Notes under the pieces: model-generated
What the model saw: the letters and a program-made list of their open reading frames with translations, nothing else
Told to the model about the DNA's origin: nothing
The model's database searches: none
From: Candidatus Poribacteria bacterium
GTDB lineage: Bacteria > Poribacteria > WGA-4E > UBA9662
Assembly (NCBI GenBank): GCA_036339735.1
Contig: JAYZAL010000047.1
Span: forward strand, 64,001-128,000
Length of the DNA stretch: 64,000 nt
Direction: 5' to 3'
Shown: positions 20,679 through 30,409 of the stretch, in pieces
Layout: the number at the start of each line of letters is the position of its first letter
How positions within the stretch are numbered: position 1 is the stretch's first letter
Position numbers and translations under genes: made by a program

Positions 20679-22269
20679 CACAACTTCTCCTTTTTCCTTT
20701 CCTGAAAAAGACAAATACCAGTAACAAAGATAAGATTATAATAGTCACGAGCAGGTAATAATAGACCAAATAGAACGATTGTAATTTTTGTCCAGCTAGT
20801 TTGTGAGCTTCGCTATTTCTTTCTGCTGTTTTTAAAGCCTTTCTCAAATATTTTTTTGCAATCTCTGGCTTGTTTGTTCTTGTTGCGAGTTCCCCCATCA
20901 CTATGAGGTAAGTGGCTGGCAGATCTGCCTGTCCCATTACATCTAAAAAAGAGTCATACAACATACTAGTAAAAGAATCAGAAAACGATGGAAAATCCAA
21001 GGTACCTTCAATCCCACTTTGGAAAGCTTGGATTGCATCTTGGTATTCAGACAAATCGTACAGCATCTGTGCTAATTGAAACCAATTCTTTTCTGTTAGG
21101 TTTAGGTGAACGTCAATTGGTTTAACCCCCTGATATATGAAACTTGCTGCTCCATAATGTCGCTGGTTCCCTTTTGCTAAAATTGTATATGACTTACCTA
21201 CTTCAAGGTAACCATTTGTCCAATCATCAAATACAAATTGACCTGTACCTTCTATTTTAATCTGGTAATCAGTATCCAAAATTTCAACAATCAATGAGCG
21301 AATACTCGACAAAGATTCACTCTTACCTCTCACTGAGATTGGTTCCAACTGGTATCTAATCGAAGTTTGTTGACCAGGTACAATTGAAATTTTCGGCAAG
21401 ATTAGTTTTTTGAGTTGGTATCCCGACTTGTGCAATTCAATAAAACGAGCCATTTGGTCTAATTTATCGGTCAGGCGTAGCTCAGTTTGGCCGATTTTCG
21501 TACCATTCATCATAACCGAGGCTGCTGTTGGGTTCCCCCAAATCTTAACCATAGCAGGTAGTTTGAATAAAACTTTTTCTAGGTCTCCTGTTGGTACGAA
21601 AACTCCAGAATGAAGAGAACGAGATAACAATGTCTCGTAAATTTCAGAAATCGTCAGTTGGCGATTATCATCAGTGTCCGCAATAGATGGGTCATCAAAA
21701 AGGGCTTTCAAGCCGACGATTAGCCCCACACTTGAGTTCATGCCCGTTGAACCACTTATAACCGAGACAAGAGCTGATTGGCCAAGCTGTTGCCGATTAG
21801 CATAAAAAGCTCCCAAATTACTATTTGGGGTAATACAGTCTAACAAAACAGTGGAGTCAATTTTTTCTAACCAACGATTTATGTTTTGGCCACTAATCAA
21901 ATCATCACCTTTCAAAACAAAGTAGATTTGATTGTTCGCATTTGGTGTAGTAATCCGGCCTCGGAATAAAAAAATCAACCGGTCATGTGTACTAAACGAA
22001 TTCCTGATTTTTGTGATTGATCTCTGTATGTCATTTTTACTACACTCCTCACCTGTTAGAGAAACAATTCGAGAACTTATACCCATAGACGATTCAAAGT
22101 CTTTCACAAAGTGAGCACTAGAAAAATCATCTGTTGTATCCACTACTAGCCACCACAAGATTCCGTTATCATTATCGGCGAAGCAACTAAGATTATAGAA
22201 GAGAAGAAAAAAAATCCAAAATACTAGGTTACTTATGCAAAGAACGTGGTACCTGAACAAATGTTTCAT
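20671..22269 (-). CDS. Membrane-anchored protein: inactive caspase-like (C14) domain, PEGA domain, TPR and C-terminal TM helix
   Basis: Signal peptide; LTGEECSKNDI, DRLIFLFRGR, VLLDC, ADTDDNRQLTISEIY; GNPTAASVMMNGTKIGQT; C-terminal hydrophobic helix followed by RKGKRR. Confidence 0.65.
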   Translation of the reverse strand: MKHLFRYHVLCISNLVFWIFFLLFYNLSCFADNDNGILWWLVVDTTDDFSSAHFVKDFESSMGISSRIVSLTGEECSKNDIQRSITKIRNSFSTHDRLIFLFRGRITTPNANNQIYFVLKGDDLISGQNINRWLEKIDSTVLLDCITPNSNLGAFYANRQQLGQSALVSVISGSTGMNSSVGLIVGLKALFDDPSIADTDDNRQLTISEIYETLLSRSLHSGVFVPTGDLEKVLFKLPAMVKIWGNPTAASVMMNGTKIGQTELRLTDKLDQMARFIELHKSGYQLKKLILPKISIVPGQQTSIRYQLEPISVRGKSESLSSIRSLIVEILDTDYQIKIEGTGQFVFDDWTNGYLEVGKSYTILAKGNQRHYGAASFIYQGVKPIDVHLNLTEKNWFQLAQMLYDLSEYQDAIQAFQSGIEGTLDFPSFSDSFTSMLYDSFLDVMGQADLPATYLIVMGELATRTNKPEIAKKYLRKALKTAERNSEAHKLAGQKLQSFYLVYYYLLVTIIILSLLLVFVFFRKGKRRSCDV

Positions 22270-22342
22270 GTTTAGCCTAAAGACACAAACAAGTAGTTTT
22301 TTTACAAGTTATGCTGTGTGTGCACCATACAGGTAATCACAA

Positions 22343-23338
22343 TTATTCAGATCGCACACCAGCTTCCAATACAGGACTAGAGCGTGGGTCTAAGACTTCA
22401 TCAACACCATAAAACTGTTCGCTATTTCGGCTATTACTCTGCTCAACCCTTGCTAGATTATTATTGCCCCGGATAAAATTGTCTCGCAATCTTCCTCCTT
22501 CATAAACGGCCCATCCACTGTTACTTGTAATATTGTTTGCGGTGATTTCCGGATCGGCAGAAGCGTAACAAGCTACTCCATATTGATAATTTGTGGAAAT
22601 GTCATTATGATGGATGTTGGGTCGGGCATCATCGTTGCAAACGACACCGTACTCATTTGCCTGAAGTCTATTATAGCTTATTTCACTTTCAGCCCCTTGA
22701 TCACACTGAATACCAGTACCATTCTTATTGATCTCATTTTGAGTGATAAAGGGTGAAGTGTCCTGACATAAAATTCCGATTTCGTTCTCAACAATCAGAC
22801 ATCGTTCGATATGAACAGTGTCTGATTGACAAAGTAGCGCTGTTGATGCATGTTGTAAACGACAATAGGTCAGACGAGCGTTTGGGCTAGTTGGCAGAAT
22901 CCTCACACCTAACCAGTCCCCTGATTTAGGCAACTCAAATTCATCTTCCGTGCCTAAAGAGCCAAAAACAATCATTCCTTCTGTGTTACCTTCTGCATAA
23001 AAAGAACCGTAGACAATCAATTGATGAGTTCCAACTAAAGGGTCAAAACCTATAATAGCACCCGGCTTTATTGTAAGAGTAACACCTTCAGGCACCACTA
23101 CATCACCCGTAATTTGAATCACACCTGCCCAGACCTCATTTTTTTCAAGCTCTCCCGACTTGTAAAGAGGCCGGCTACGTGTACCTACTTTCGAATTCGT
23201 TATGCCAGAGCAACCTAAACTCAGCCAAGTCAGAAAAAGAAAAAACGAAAAAAACAAGTTTCGGGAGTGATAAGGAGGTATAAAAAATCGAGTTGGCTTA
23301 TACTGCTGCGGACTGAATAAGAAATCAATCTTCCTCAT
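22343..23338 (-). CDS. Right-handed parallel beta-helix (NosD-like) putative lipoprotein
   Basis: SLGC lipobox; ITGDVVVPEGVTLTIKPG, GDWLGV, repeated N..GI.C...P.I..N.I. Confidence 0.8.
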   Translation of the reverse strand: MRKIDFLFSPQQYKPTRFFIPPYHSRNLFFSFFLFLTWLSLGCSGITNSKVGTRSRPLYKSGELEKNEVWAGVIQITGDVVVPEGVTLTIKPGAIIGFDPLVGTHQLIVYGSFYAEGNTEGMIVFGSLGTEDEFELPKSGDWLGVRILPTSPNARLTYCRLQHASTALLCQSDTVHIERCLIVENEIGILCQDTSPFITQNEINKNGTGIQCDQGAESEISYNRLQANEYGVVCNDDARPNIHHNDISTNYQYGVACYASADPEITANNITSNSGWAVYEGGRLRDNFIRGNNNLARVEQSNSRNSEQFYGVDEVLDPRSSPVLEAGVRSE

Positions 23339-24255
23339 TTGATAAGGAATCTAACAACTCCACGAGGCAATCGGTGATCAGAAGGGAGAAGATACTGACG
23401 CATATCGACAAGATTATCTAGGGACTCGCCATTAGGCTGAGTCAATTTCGGGCTTTTCCCCTTTATAGATTTGACTCGAATTTCACTCGTTCCAGCCTTT
23501 ACTGCACGGAACTTGGCTATTGCGATTATTTCACCTTCCTGACCTATAGCGATTGGCTTTTGCCCCTTAGTCAACGTAAGTGCAATCTGCATTTGACCGG
23601 CTCGTGAATCTAAATTCAAATCATGAAAAACAGGGAGGCTTGATTTCGCAAATTTAGTACTTGGGTAAGCTTCGACCCCAAGTGGGAAAAATCGACTTCG
23701 ATTATACTCTAATTCTAGTGCCACACCGAACAAATCTGATACATTTTTCAGGCGAATGTGGAGTAGCATTTCATCTCCAACTTTATAGGAAGTTTGTGGG
23801 CTAGAAATACTGAGAAGTGGTATCCCGACTGGGTCGAGTCTGATATTGGCAATTACTGCTCCATCCCCAACATAATCAATAACATGACGTCCTGTCAAAA
23901 CCAATTCACCAAACTCATACCCTTTCACATCGACGATCCTTCCTTCACCCATCGGGACTTTCAATTTGGCAATTTGTGGCTGAACCGTGCCTAGCGAAAT
24001 TTTTTTAATCACAGGAGGGTCAAACGAAAACTCAGCACCATAACGGTCAAAGCGTAGAACTTCAATTTCAATATCCAGATTTTGGGAAAGATCCATCTGT
24101 CCGTAAGCAGAAGGAGCAAATGCTATCTGTACTGAAACATCATCAGTAGTAGGAGTAAGCTCTCCTTCGTAGTCCCGCTCACACCCTACGAAGAAAACGA
24201 GCATCACATAGGGGAAAAAATACGTGCAAATCATCAAAGCCAAGCGGTTCATCAA
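23335..24255 (-). CDS. Lipoprotein with C-terminal cohesin-like domain
   Basis: FVGC lipobox; SYKVGDEMLLHIRLKNVSDLFGVALELEYN...GEIIAIAKFRAVKAGTSEI cohesin pattern. Confidence 0.7.
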   Translation of the reverse strand: MMNRLALMICTYFFPYVMLVFFVGCERDYEGELTPTTDDVSVQIAFAPSAYGQMDLSQNLDIEIEVLRFDRYGAEFSFDPPVIKKISLGTVQPQIAKLKVPMGEGRIVDVKGYEFGELVLTGRHVIDYVGDGAVIANIRLDPVGIPLLSISSPQTSYKVGDEMLLHIRLKNVSDLFGVALELEYNRSRFFPLGVEAYPSTKFAKSSLPVFHDLNLDSRAGQMQIALTLTKGQKPIAIGQEGEIIAIAKFRAVKAGTSEIRVKSIKGKSPKLTQPNGESLDNLVDMRQYLLPSDHRLPRGVVRFLIK

Positions 24256-24271
24256 AAAAATCCTGTGTCCT

Positions 24272-27200
24272 TTATTTCAAAATAACAAATCGGCGTTGGG
24301 ACGAAAAAACATCCGATTGGGCATCTTGGCTATTGGTTTCCGCGAAGAAGTGGTAGAAATAGACTCCACTGGAAACTAACTCTCCAGTATCGTTTGTACC
24401 ATCCCATTTTAGAGATCGAGACTGATCTGTGTAGTATCCTGCTTTTTTGTAACCAAGATTAAAAATCCGAATAGTTTCCCCTTTCTGATTATAAATTTCA
24501 ATTTTGACCGTAGCAGCTTGAGATAATTGGTAGGGAATCCAAGTCTCAGGGTTGAATGGGTTAGGATAGTTGGGCAAGAGTTTGCTAACAGAAGGTATCA
24601 AAGAATTTTCTGATCGACTGACCATTTGTTCTAATGCGAATAGTAGTTCAGGGTTACCATCTATTTCCCTGAGTTTTTGGTAAATTTCATTATATATTAG
24701 TCTGTCATTCTCGTTGGTCATTGGACCCAATTTGTCGATTGATTCTGATTCAGTCGGAGCTTTCCTTATGCGCGTATTTCGCCAATTCTGGCTGATCGGG
24801 ACAATATCATCTTGGTTAATGATCCCATCTCCGTTGGCATCCGCATAAGTAGCAACTTTATCTTTCCAGGCTACAGCAGGTTGAAGTTTCCAGCTATTAT
24901 CGCCTTTGTCACGCACTGGCCCAATACTTCCCCAGAATTGGCCTAGTGGTAACACATCGAAAACATCAACCTGACCGTCTCGATTCGTATCCCCTGGCCA
25001 AACGATCAAACCCGTACGAAATACGATGTCACTGGCTTCAACGTATTTGCCACTCATGTCCTCAATTACACTGCTGACACTAATCGTAATCTCTTCTTCT
25101 GAGCGAAAAATTGACTGAGGGTCAAATAAAATCAAGTTGGATCCCTCAATTTTGAACTGAGTCTGTTGAGAGGAGTAAGTTTTACTGGACTCATCTGCTA
25201 ACTTCCCACGGACCTGAATGCTAAATGGTGTAATAGTCTCTTCCCGTAATTGAGCGAAAGTTGGCATTCGTATCCGAATTTTAGTAGTGACTTCAACGTT
25301 GTCCAGTCGGTTTGGCTCAACTAATCGCCAAATTTCACCCTGTTGTTGGACACTTGCAACTTCCTGTTGAATATTCCAGAACAAAATTGTTCCGTCGAGT
25401 GAACTTGACGCCAAAATGTTGGTGCCATCATTCCGCTCAGTAAAGGTCAGCCCCGTCACTTTATCAGTATGACCACGGAATAATTTCGGTCCCTTTTGTA
25501 AACTTGAGTAATTCCATACCCAAACAGCATCACCAATTCCTGCGGCAAAGAAGCGACCATCTTTCGACAAACATACCGCACGAACTTTTCCTGAAGATAT
25601 ATTACGATCTACGTTGAACTGTCCATTGCGACCGACTTTCCCTCCAGCCAAAACTTCCCAAGTTTGAACCGACCCGTTTTCTAATCCTACAACAAACCTA
25701 TTGTCGCCTTTTACTCTACTAAAACTTACAGCTGTTAAAGACCCACCGGCCGGTACAGTTACAATTTCTTGTAACCCATCTTTATCTGACAAGCTAAAGA
25801 GTGCAATCTGTCCATTTGAAGTAACCACAATCATCAGTGTTCCATCATAGTTGAAATCGACATCCTGAGCAGAAACATTGACAAACATGTCATCATTACC
25901 AAAAGGACTTCCTCCTTTCCGACGAACTCTCAGGCTACCGTCGGTGGCTACTGACGCTACCCAATCCCTCTGTGCAGAAAATCGAACTGAGTTAAGAATC
26001 GATAGAGGTGGATGGCTATTACCAAACTGCCCATTGATGTTTTTAGGAGGATCCGTGGATAAGTCAGTAACTTCGACTTGATTTGTTTTTGTAGCAACGG
26101 CCAAATCTAAACCTGACGGCGCATAATCAAGGCTAACAATTGGGCTGGGAGAGGTCAGTGTCACAACTGGTAACAAGTCTTTTTGATTCCAAATTATGAT
26201 TTCTTGTGACTGATATGCAGCAACAATTCTGCCATTTGGCTGGTTTGGAAAGCTAACATCAATCACTTGAGAATAAAAGTCATTAAAAGGTAGAACCGTT
26301 CGAGCAGGTACTTCCACCACACCAATCTCAAAGTGTACCAGAGATTCGCCAAAGGGGTTGTTTTCAGCACCGACAATGAGTTCCGTATCATATGGGTGGA
26401 ATGCTAATGATATACCGGTGGATGCAAAATCTCTCTTCAAAATTTGAGGAGGTTTTGGGGTCGCATCCGATGTGTAAAGTTCCCAAATCCGCAAGGTTTT
26501 ATCCGTTGCATAAGCAATAAGATTCTTATTGCCCATGTAGAAAGCTAAATCGTAAAGTTTTTCAGCCCCCAGCTGTTGCCAAAATTGTGGCTTAGGATTT
26601 TTAACTTCTTGGATGTAAATGTCAGAAGTATTGTTGCTGAGGTTATATGTACCGACAAAAAGGAACTTTCCGTCGTAATTATAAGCGATTTTTTGTATTT
26701 CGGTCTGACGCCCGTAGACGCCCTTTTGAATTCCGCGGAAGACTGATTCGTTGACACCTTTACGCCATAAGTGGAGCTCTCGTGTCGTTGCTACTGCTAA
26801 CATCTGATCATAACCAGTTGGCGCAGGATCGAATAGAAGATCTTTAACACTCCCTTCTAAACTCAGAACTTGGGCTTGTGAAAAAGTTGGAAGATTGTTT
26901 CCGGCTTCCTGAACTCTTACTTCAATCGAATAGATATACACGAGACTCGATGCAAGATTTTCATCTTGTCGGTTTTCCGTTAATGCAACCACTAACCAAT
27001 TTCCATCTCCACTTACTGTAACGGAATCAACTGTCTTTCCTTGAACCAAGGCTGGCGTTTCGATAATCAATCGTGGATCGACCAGATCGACAAATTTTAA
27101 TCCTTCATCAGTTGCTAGAGCGATCAGTTGGTTGGAAATGAATGCCAGATCGTTAATGTAACCATCTTGCCGGTAGAATCCAATCTGTCGATTGTTTTCG

Positions 27201-27427
27201 GTATCGATCAAACGCAATCCGATAGTGGTTGCTACGGCAAGTCGTTTGCCATTAGGCGAATAAGCGGCCTGACGAATAGTTCCATAGCCAATTCGACCGA
27301 TTGATCCAGTCGGCAAATAGCTATTAGCATCAGCCAAGCAAACCCACACAAACAAAAACGCGAAAAAACTAAGAAGTTGCGCGATAAAACGACTGAATGG
27401 ACTTAAATTCACTGGAATTAATTTCAC
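24272..27427 (-). CDS. Secreted WD40 beta-propeller protein with Ig-like, dockerin-like and FlgD/T9SS-like C-terminal domains
   Basis: Signal peptide; AYSPNGKRLAV, GHTDKVTGLTF...LASSSLDGTILFW; PGDTNRDGQVDVFD and ADANGDGIINQDD; NYPNPFNPETWIPYQL...SGVYFY. Confidence 0.88.
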   Translation of the reverse strand: MKLIPVNLSPFSRFIAQLLSFFAFLFVWVCLADANSYLPTGSIGRIGYGTIRQAAYSPNGKRLAVATTIGLRLIDTENNRQIGFYRQDGYINDLAFISNQLIALATDEGLKFVDLVDPRLIIETPALVQGKTVDSVTVSGDGNWLVVALTENRQDENLASSLVYIYSIEVRVQEAGNNLPTFSQAQVLSLEGSVKDLLFDPAPTGYDQMLAVATTRELHLWRKGVNESVFRGIQKGVYGRQTEIQKIAYNYDGKFLFVGTYNLSNNTSDIYIQEVKNPKPQFWQQLGAEKLYDLAFYMGNKNLIAYATDKTLRIWELYTSDATPKPPQILKRDFASTGISLAFHPYDTELIVGAENNPFGESLVHFEIGVVEVPARTVLPFNDFYSQVIDVSFPNQPNGRIVAAYQSQEIIIWNQKDLLPVVTLTSPSPIVSLDYAPSGLDLAVATKTNQVEVTDLSTDPPKNINGQFGNSHPPLSILNSVRFSAQRDWVASVATDGSLRVRRKGGSPFGNDDMFVNVSAQDVDFNYDGTLMIVVTSNGQIALFSLSDKDGLQEIVTVPAGGSLTAVSFSRVKGDNRFVVGLENGSVQTWEVLAGGKVGRNGQFNVDRNISSGKVRAVCLSKDGRFFAAGIGDAVWVWNYSSLQKGPKLFRGHTDKVTGLTFTERNDGTNILASSSLDGTILFWNIQQEVASVQQQGEIWRLVEPNRLDNVEVTTKIRIRMPTFAQLREETITPFSIQVRGKLADESSKTYSSQQTQFKIEGSNLILFDPQSIFRSEEEITISVSSVIEDMSGKYVEASDIVFRTGLIVWPGDTNRDGQVDVFDVLPLGQFWGSIGPVRDKGDNSWKLQPAVAWKDKVATYADANGDGIINQDDIVPISQNWRNTRIRKAPTESESIDKLGPMTNENDRLIYNEIYQKLREIDGNPELLFALEQMVSRSENSLIPSVSKLLPNYPNPFNPETWIPYQLSQAATVKIEIYNQKGETIRIFNLGYKKAGYYTDQSRSLKWDGTNDTGELVSSGVYFYHFFAETNSQDAQSDVFSSQRRFVILK

Positions 27428-27564
27428 CTAAACTATTTTTGTTTCAATTTTTTAAACATTGGCCTTTCTTTTTCCACGCAATACAGTCCAAGAATATTCT
27501 TGAGTTATTACAGCCACCCTGTTTCCGAAAAGACCAGACCTAAGCTCTACACTCGCCATCCAAT

Positions 27565-27593
27565 AATTTAGCATAGGAGGTAGAATGTGTCAA
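27565..27593 (-). promoter_or_regulatory. Sigma70-type promoter for the WD40-dockerin...DAC operon
   Basis: TTGACA-17 nt-TAAATT with extended TG. Confidence 0.65.
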
Positions 27594-27612
27594 CAGTCAA
27601 GCCTAACTAGAA

Positions 27613-28440
27613 TCAGAATCGGATAGCCTTGAAAGATTCGATTTGTCTTCTAATTGCAGTTTCAGTTGGAAGCCGTTCTGCACTTGACGCTCCATAGAAT
27701 CCCACTACACCTTTTGTATGATCTAAGATGTATTGGGCATCCGTTGGCTCTGCGATTGGCCCTCCATGGCAAATGACCAAAACCTCCGGATTAACACTTA
27801 CCGCTGCATCATGGATGGACTGTACCTTTTTAGCGGCTTCTTCCAAGGTTAATGCAGTGTGGGCACCAATCGATCCTTTGGTAGTTAAACCCATATGAGC
27901 TACTAGAATGTCAGCACCAGCCCCCGCCATCTGCTCGGCTTCCACTTCGTTGAAGGCGTAAGGAGTTGTTAATAGATCCTTTTGATGGGCTTGACGAATC
28001 ATCTCAACCTCTAGGCCATAGCCCATGCCAGTTTCTTCTAGATTTTGGCGAAAGATACCATCAATCAGTCCGACAGTGGGAAAATTTTGCACACCTGAAA
28101 AACCAACATCCTCAACCTCTCGTAAAAAATTACTCATGATACGAAAAGGGTCGGTCCCACAGACCCCTGCTAAGACAGGTGTATCCTTAACAACGGGCAA
28201 AACTTCCCTCGCCATGTCTATTACGATCGCATTAGCATCTCCATAGGGCATCATACCAGCTAAGGATCCACGACCAGCCATTCTAAAACGACCAGAATTA
28301 TAGATAACTATTAGGTCTATACCACCAGCTTCTTCGCATTTGGCCGAAATGCCAGTTCCAGCACCACCTCCGATAATTGGTTGACCTCGATCAATATTTG
28401 CGCGCAAACTTTCTAACACCTGCCGTCGAGTAAACTGCAT
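27613..28440 (-). CDS. Phosphoenolpyruvate hydrolase-like (Tm-1-type) TIM-barrel protein
   Basis: [66 protein letters not shown]. Confidence 0.9.
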   Translation of the reverse strand: MQFTRRQVLESLRANIDRGQPIIGGGAGTGISAKCEEAGGIDLIVIYNSGRFRMAGRGSLAGMMPYGDANAIVIDMAREVLPVVKDTPVLAGVCGTDPFRIMSNFLREVEDVGFSGVQNFPTVGLIDGIFRQNLEETGMGYGLEVEMIRQAHQKDLLTTPYAFNEVEAEQMAGAGADILVAHMGLTTKGSIGAHTALTLEEAAKKVQSIHDAAVSVNPEVLVICHGGPIAEPTDAQYILDHTKGVVGFYGASSAERLPTETAIRRQIESFKAIRF

Positions 28441-29020
28441 TCTCTAAACTACCCCTTAATTTTTTTACAAGTTAATATTCTATTTCCTAAATGCCACTGG
28501 CAACCGGCCTAAACCCCTAAACCTTTGCCACTCAAAATTATTATTTTTCACTGTCCAACCAAATTTTTAGAGTCAGGCTCTCTACAGATGGCATCCGGCA
28601 GTTAGTAAGATGAAATTGCACAGACATAACACCATTTCCTATCTATGTACAATGTGTAAGATATTCTCAATAGGAAATAAGAACACGCCGACTTATCAGG
28701 AAACTGATCTCCACAGCCTCACTTCATTTACAATTTACAACGAGAGAATTAAGAAGCACAAACTCAAACAAACACGCCTTAGAAACGACGGCTAAACTGA
28801 GTATTCTGATTTTGTTGGATAACACCATTGGAACAAGTGGTTCGGAAATTTTTTAGCAAGCTTGAAATTTTGTAGTCAAACGACTAAGCAAACAGCATCA
28901 TCTCGCACATCCAAAATATATCATATACCATACGATTTTAGCCAAGAGGTATTGAAAATACTAAGCTTGAACTTTTGTTAGAAGGGGTTTCAGGCATGAG
29001 GAAAATTTTGACACTATTCA

Positions 29021-29920
29021 ATGGCCGTGCTAAAATCCTGCCATCAATTTACACAACTAGACATGGCCTTCACCCGAAATCAAATCAGATCCTTTCAAAA
29101 ACAAGACTATCCAGCCGATCTATACCAGTTCGACAAGGCAGCGCGAGGAGTCGACGGCGGGTTTGGTAAGATTACAACTGATCACATCCAACACTTCCAA
29201 GACCACGGATATCTGATTGTAAACGAAGCATTTGACACCAATGAAATCCAACGAGGGAAAAAGGGCATACAGAATCTAGTAAGCCAGAAGTACCCTGATT
29301 TTCGTGGCCTACAGATTGAACCACGACTTGTAAAACAACAGAGAAAGCTCACGGTCGACGAACGAATCCATTCAACCCGCAAGGCCTTTAATTTTTTACA
29401 AACTGAACCATTGCTCAAAGACTTGTTTTATACCCCCAAATTACTAAAAGTTGTGTCAAAGTTACTCAATGATACCCCTGTCCACCTGCAAGACATGGCT
29501 TTGCTGAAACCCGCTAATTTTGGCACAGAAAAACCATGGCATCAAGATTGCGCCTACTTTAACTTCCCATTAGACGTTACTATTGTCGGTGTATGGATAG
29601 CTCTGGATGAAGCTAAACCAGAAAACGGATGTATGCATATCGTTCCTGGATCACACAAAAAACCTAAAATCCACTTCAAAAAGCGAGACTGGCAAATTTG
29701 CGACACAGATGTTGATCGGAAAAACGATTTTTTCGTTCCCCTCAGACCTGGCGGGGTTTTGTTTTTTCATGGTTTAATTCATCACGGAACACCATCCAAC
29801 CGATCTGACCAAAGTAGATGGGCGCTCCAGTTTCACTATCGCCCCCAAAACGCCCGTGAGATTTCGAACGATGATCGGCTCTCAATTTTCGGCAGCCAAG
29901 GTAAAGACGTAGACTGCTAG
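29021..29920 (+). CDS. Phytanoyl-CoA dioxygenase (PhyH) family 2OG-Fe(II) oxygenase
   Basis: KPWHQD, WIALDEA..ENGCM..VPGSH, HHGT..N.S...R; start may be the ATG at 29063. Confidence 0.92.
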   Translation: MAVLKSCHQFTQLDMAFTRNQIRSFQKQDYPADLYQFDKAARGVDGGFGKITTDHIQHFQDHGYLIVNEAFDTNEIQRGKKGIQNLVSQKYPDFRGLQIEPRLVKQQRKLTVDERIHSTRKAFNFLQTEPLLKDLFYTPKLLKVVSKLLNDTPVHLQDMALLKPANFGTEKPWHQDCAYFNFPLDVTIVGVWIALDEAKPENGCMHIVPGSHKKPKIHFKKRDWQICDTDVDRKNDFFVPLRPGGVLFFHGLIHHGTPSNRSDQSRWALQFHYRPQNAREISNDDRLSIFGSQGKDVDC

Positions 29921-29926
29921 TTTCCT

Positions 29927-30382
29927 ATGCATCGTCATACATTTCACACTAACACACCTGTAGAAACAGAGAAAGTTGGTCACATAATAGGTCAGACTCT
30001 GGTAAAACGGGATATAGTCGCCTTGATAGGTGATCTTGGTGCTGGGAAAACCTGCCTCACACGTGGTTTAGCTTCGGGGCTTGGCCTGCTTTCCCCCCAA
30101 GAAGTCACTAGCCCATCGTATACCCTCATCAATGAATATGAGGGGCAAATTCCAATCTACCATATCGACTTATACCGAATTGACCAACGTGAGGAAGTCT
30201 GGGATTTAGGTCTTGATGAGTACCTGGAAAGCGAGGGCGTTTGTATTATTGAGTGGGCAGATATAATTCTACAAGAATTACCTAACCATACGATTGAAAT
30301 AAAACTAAGTTGGCTAGGAGAAAACCGTAGATCCATTGAGACAAAAAATACCGTTAACTTAAGTACTTATACTTCCAAGTGA
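29927..30382 (+). CDS. tsaE: tRNA threonylcarbamoyladenosine biosynthesis ATPase
   Basis: GDLGAGKT, VTSPSYTLINEY, HIDLYR, IIEWA. Confidence 0.96.
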   Translation: MHRHTFHTNTPVETEKVGHIIGQTLVKRDIVALIGDLGAGKTCLTRGLASGLGLLSPQEVTSPSYTLINEYEGQIPIYHIDLYRIDQREEVWDLGLDEYLESEGVCIIEWADIILQELPNHTIEIKLSWLGENRRSIETKNTVNLSTYTSK

Positions 30383-30409
30383 ACTCGCTAACATCCGATA
30401 AATAGAGGT

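Noticed and set aside
28610-28795. 61-aa ORF in the divergent intergenic region
   Set aside because: Short, no motif, and composition looks non-coding.
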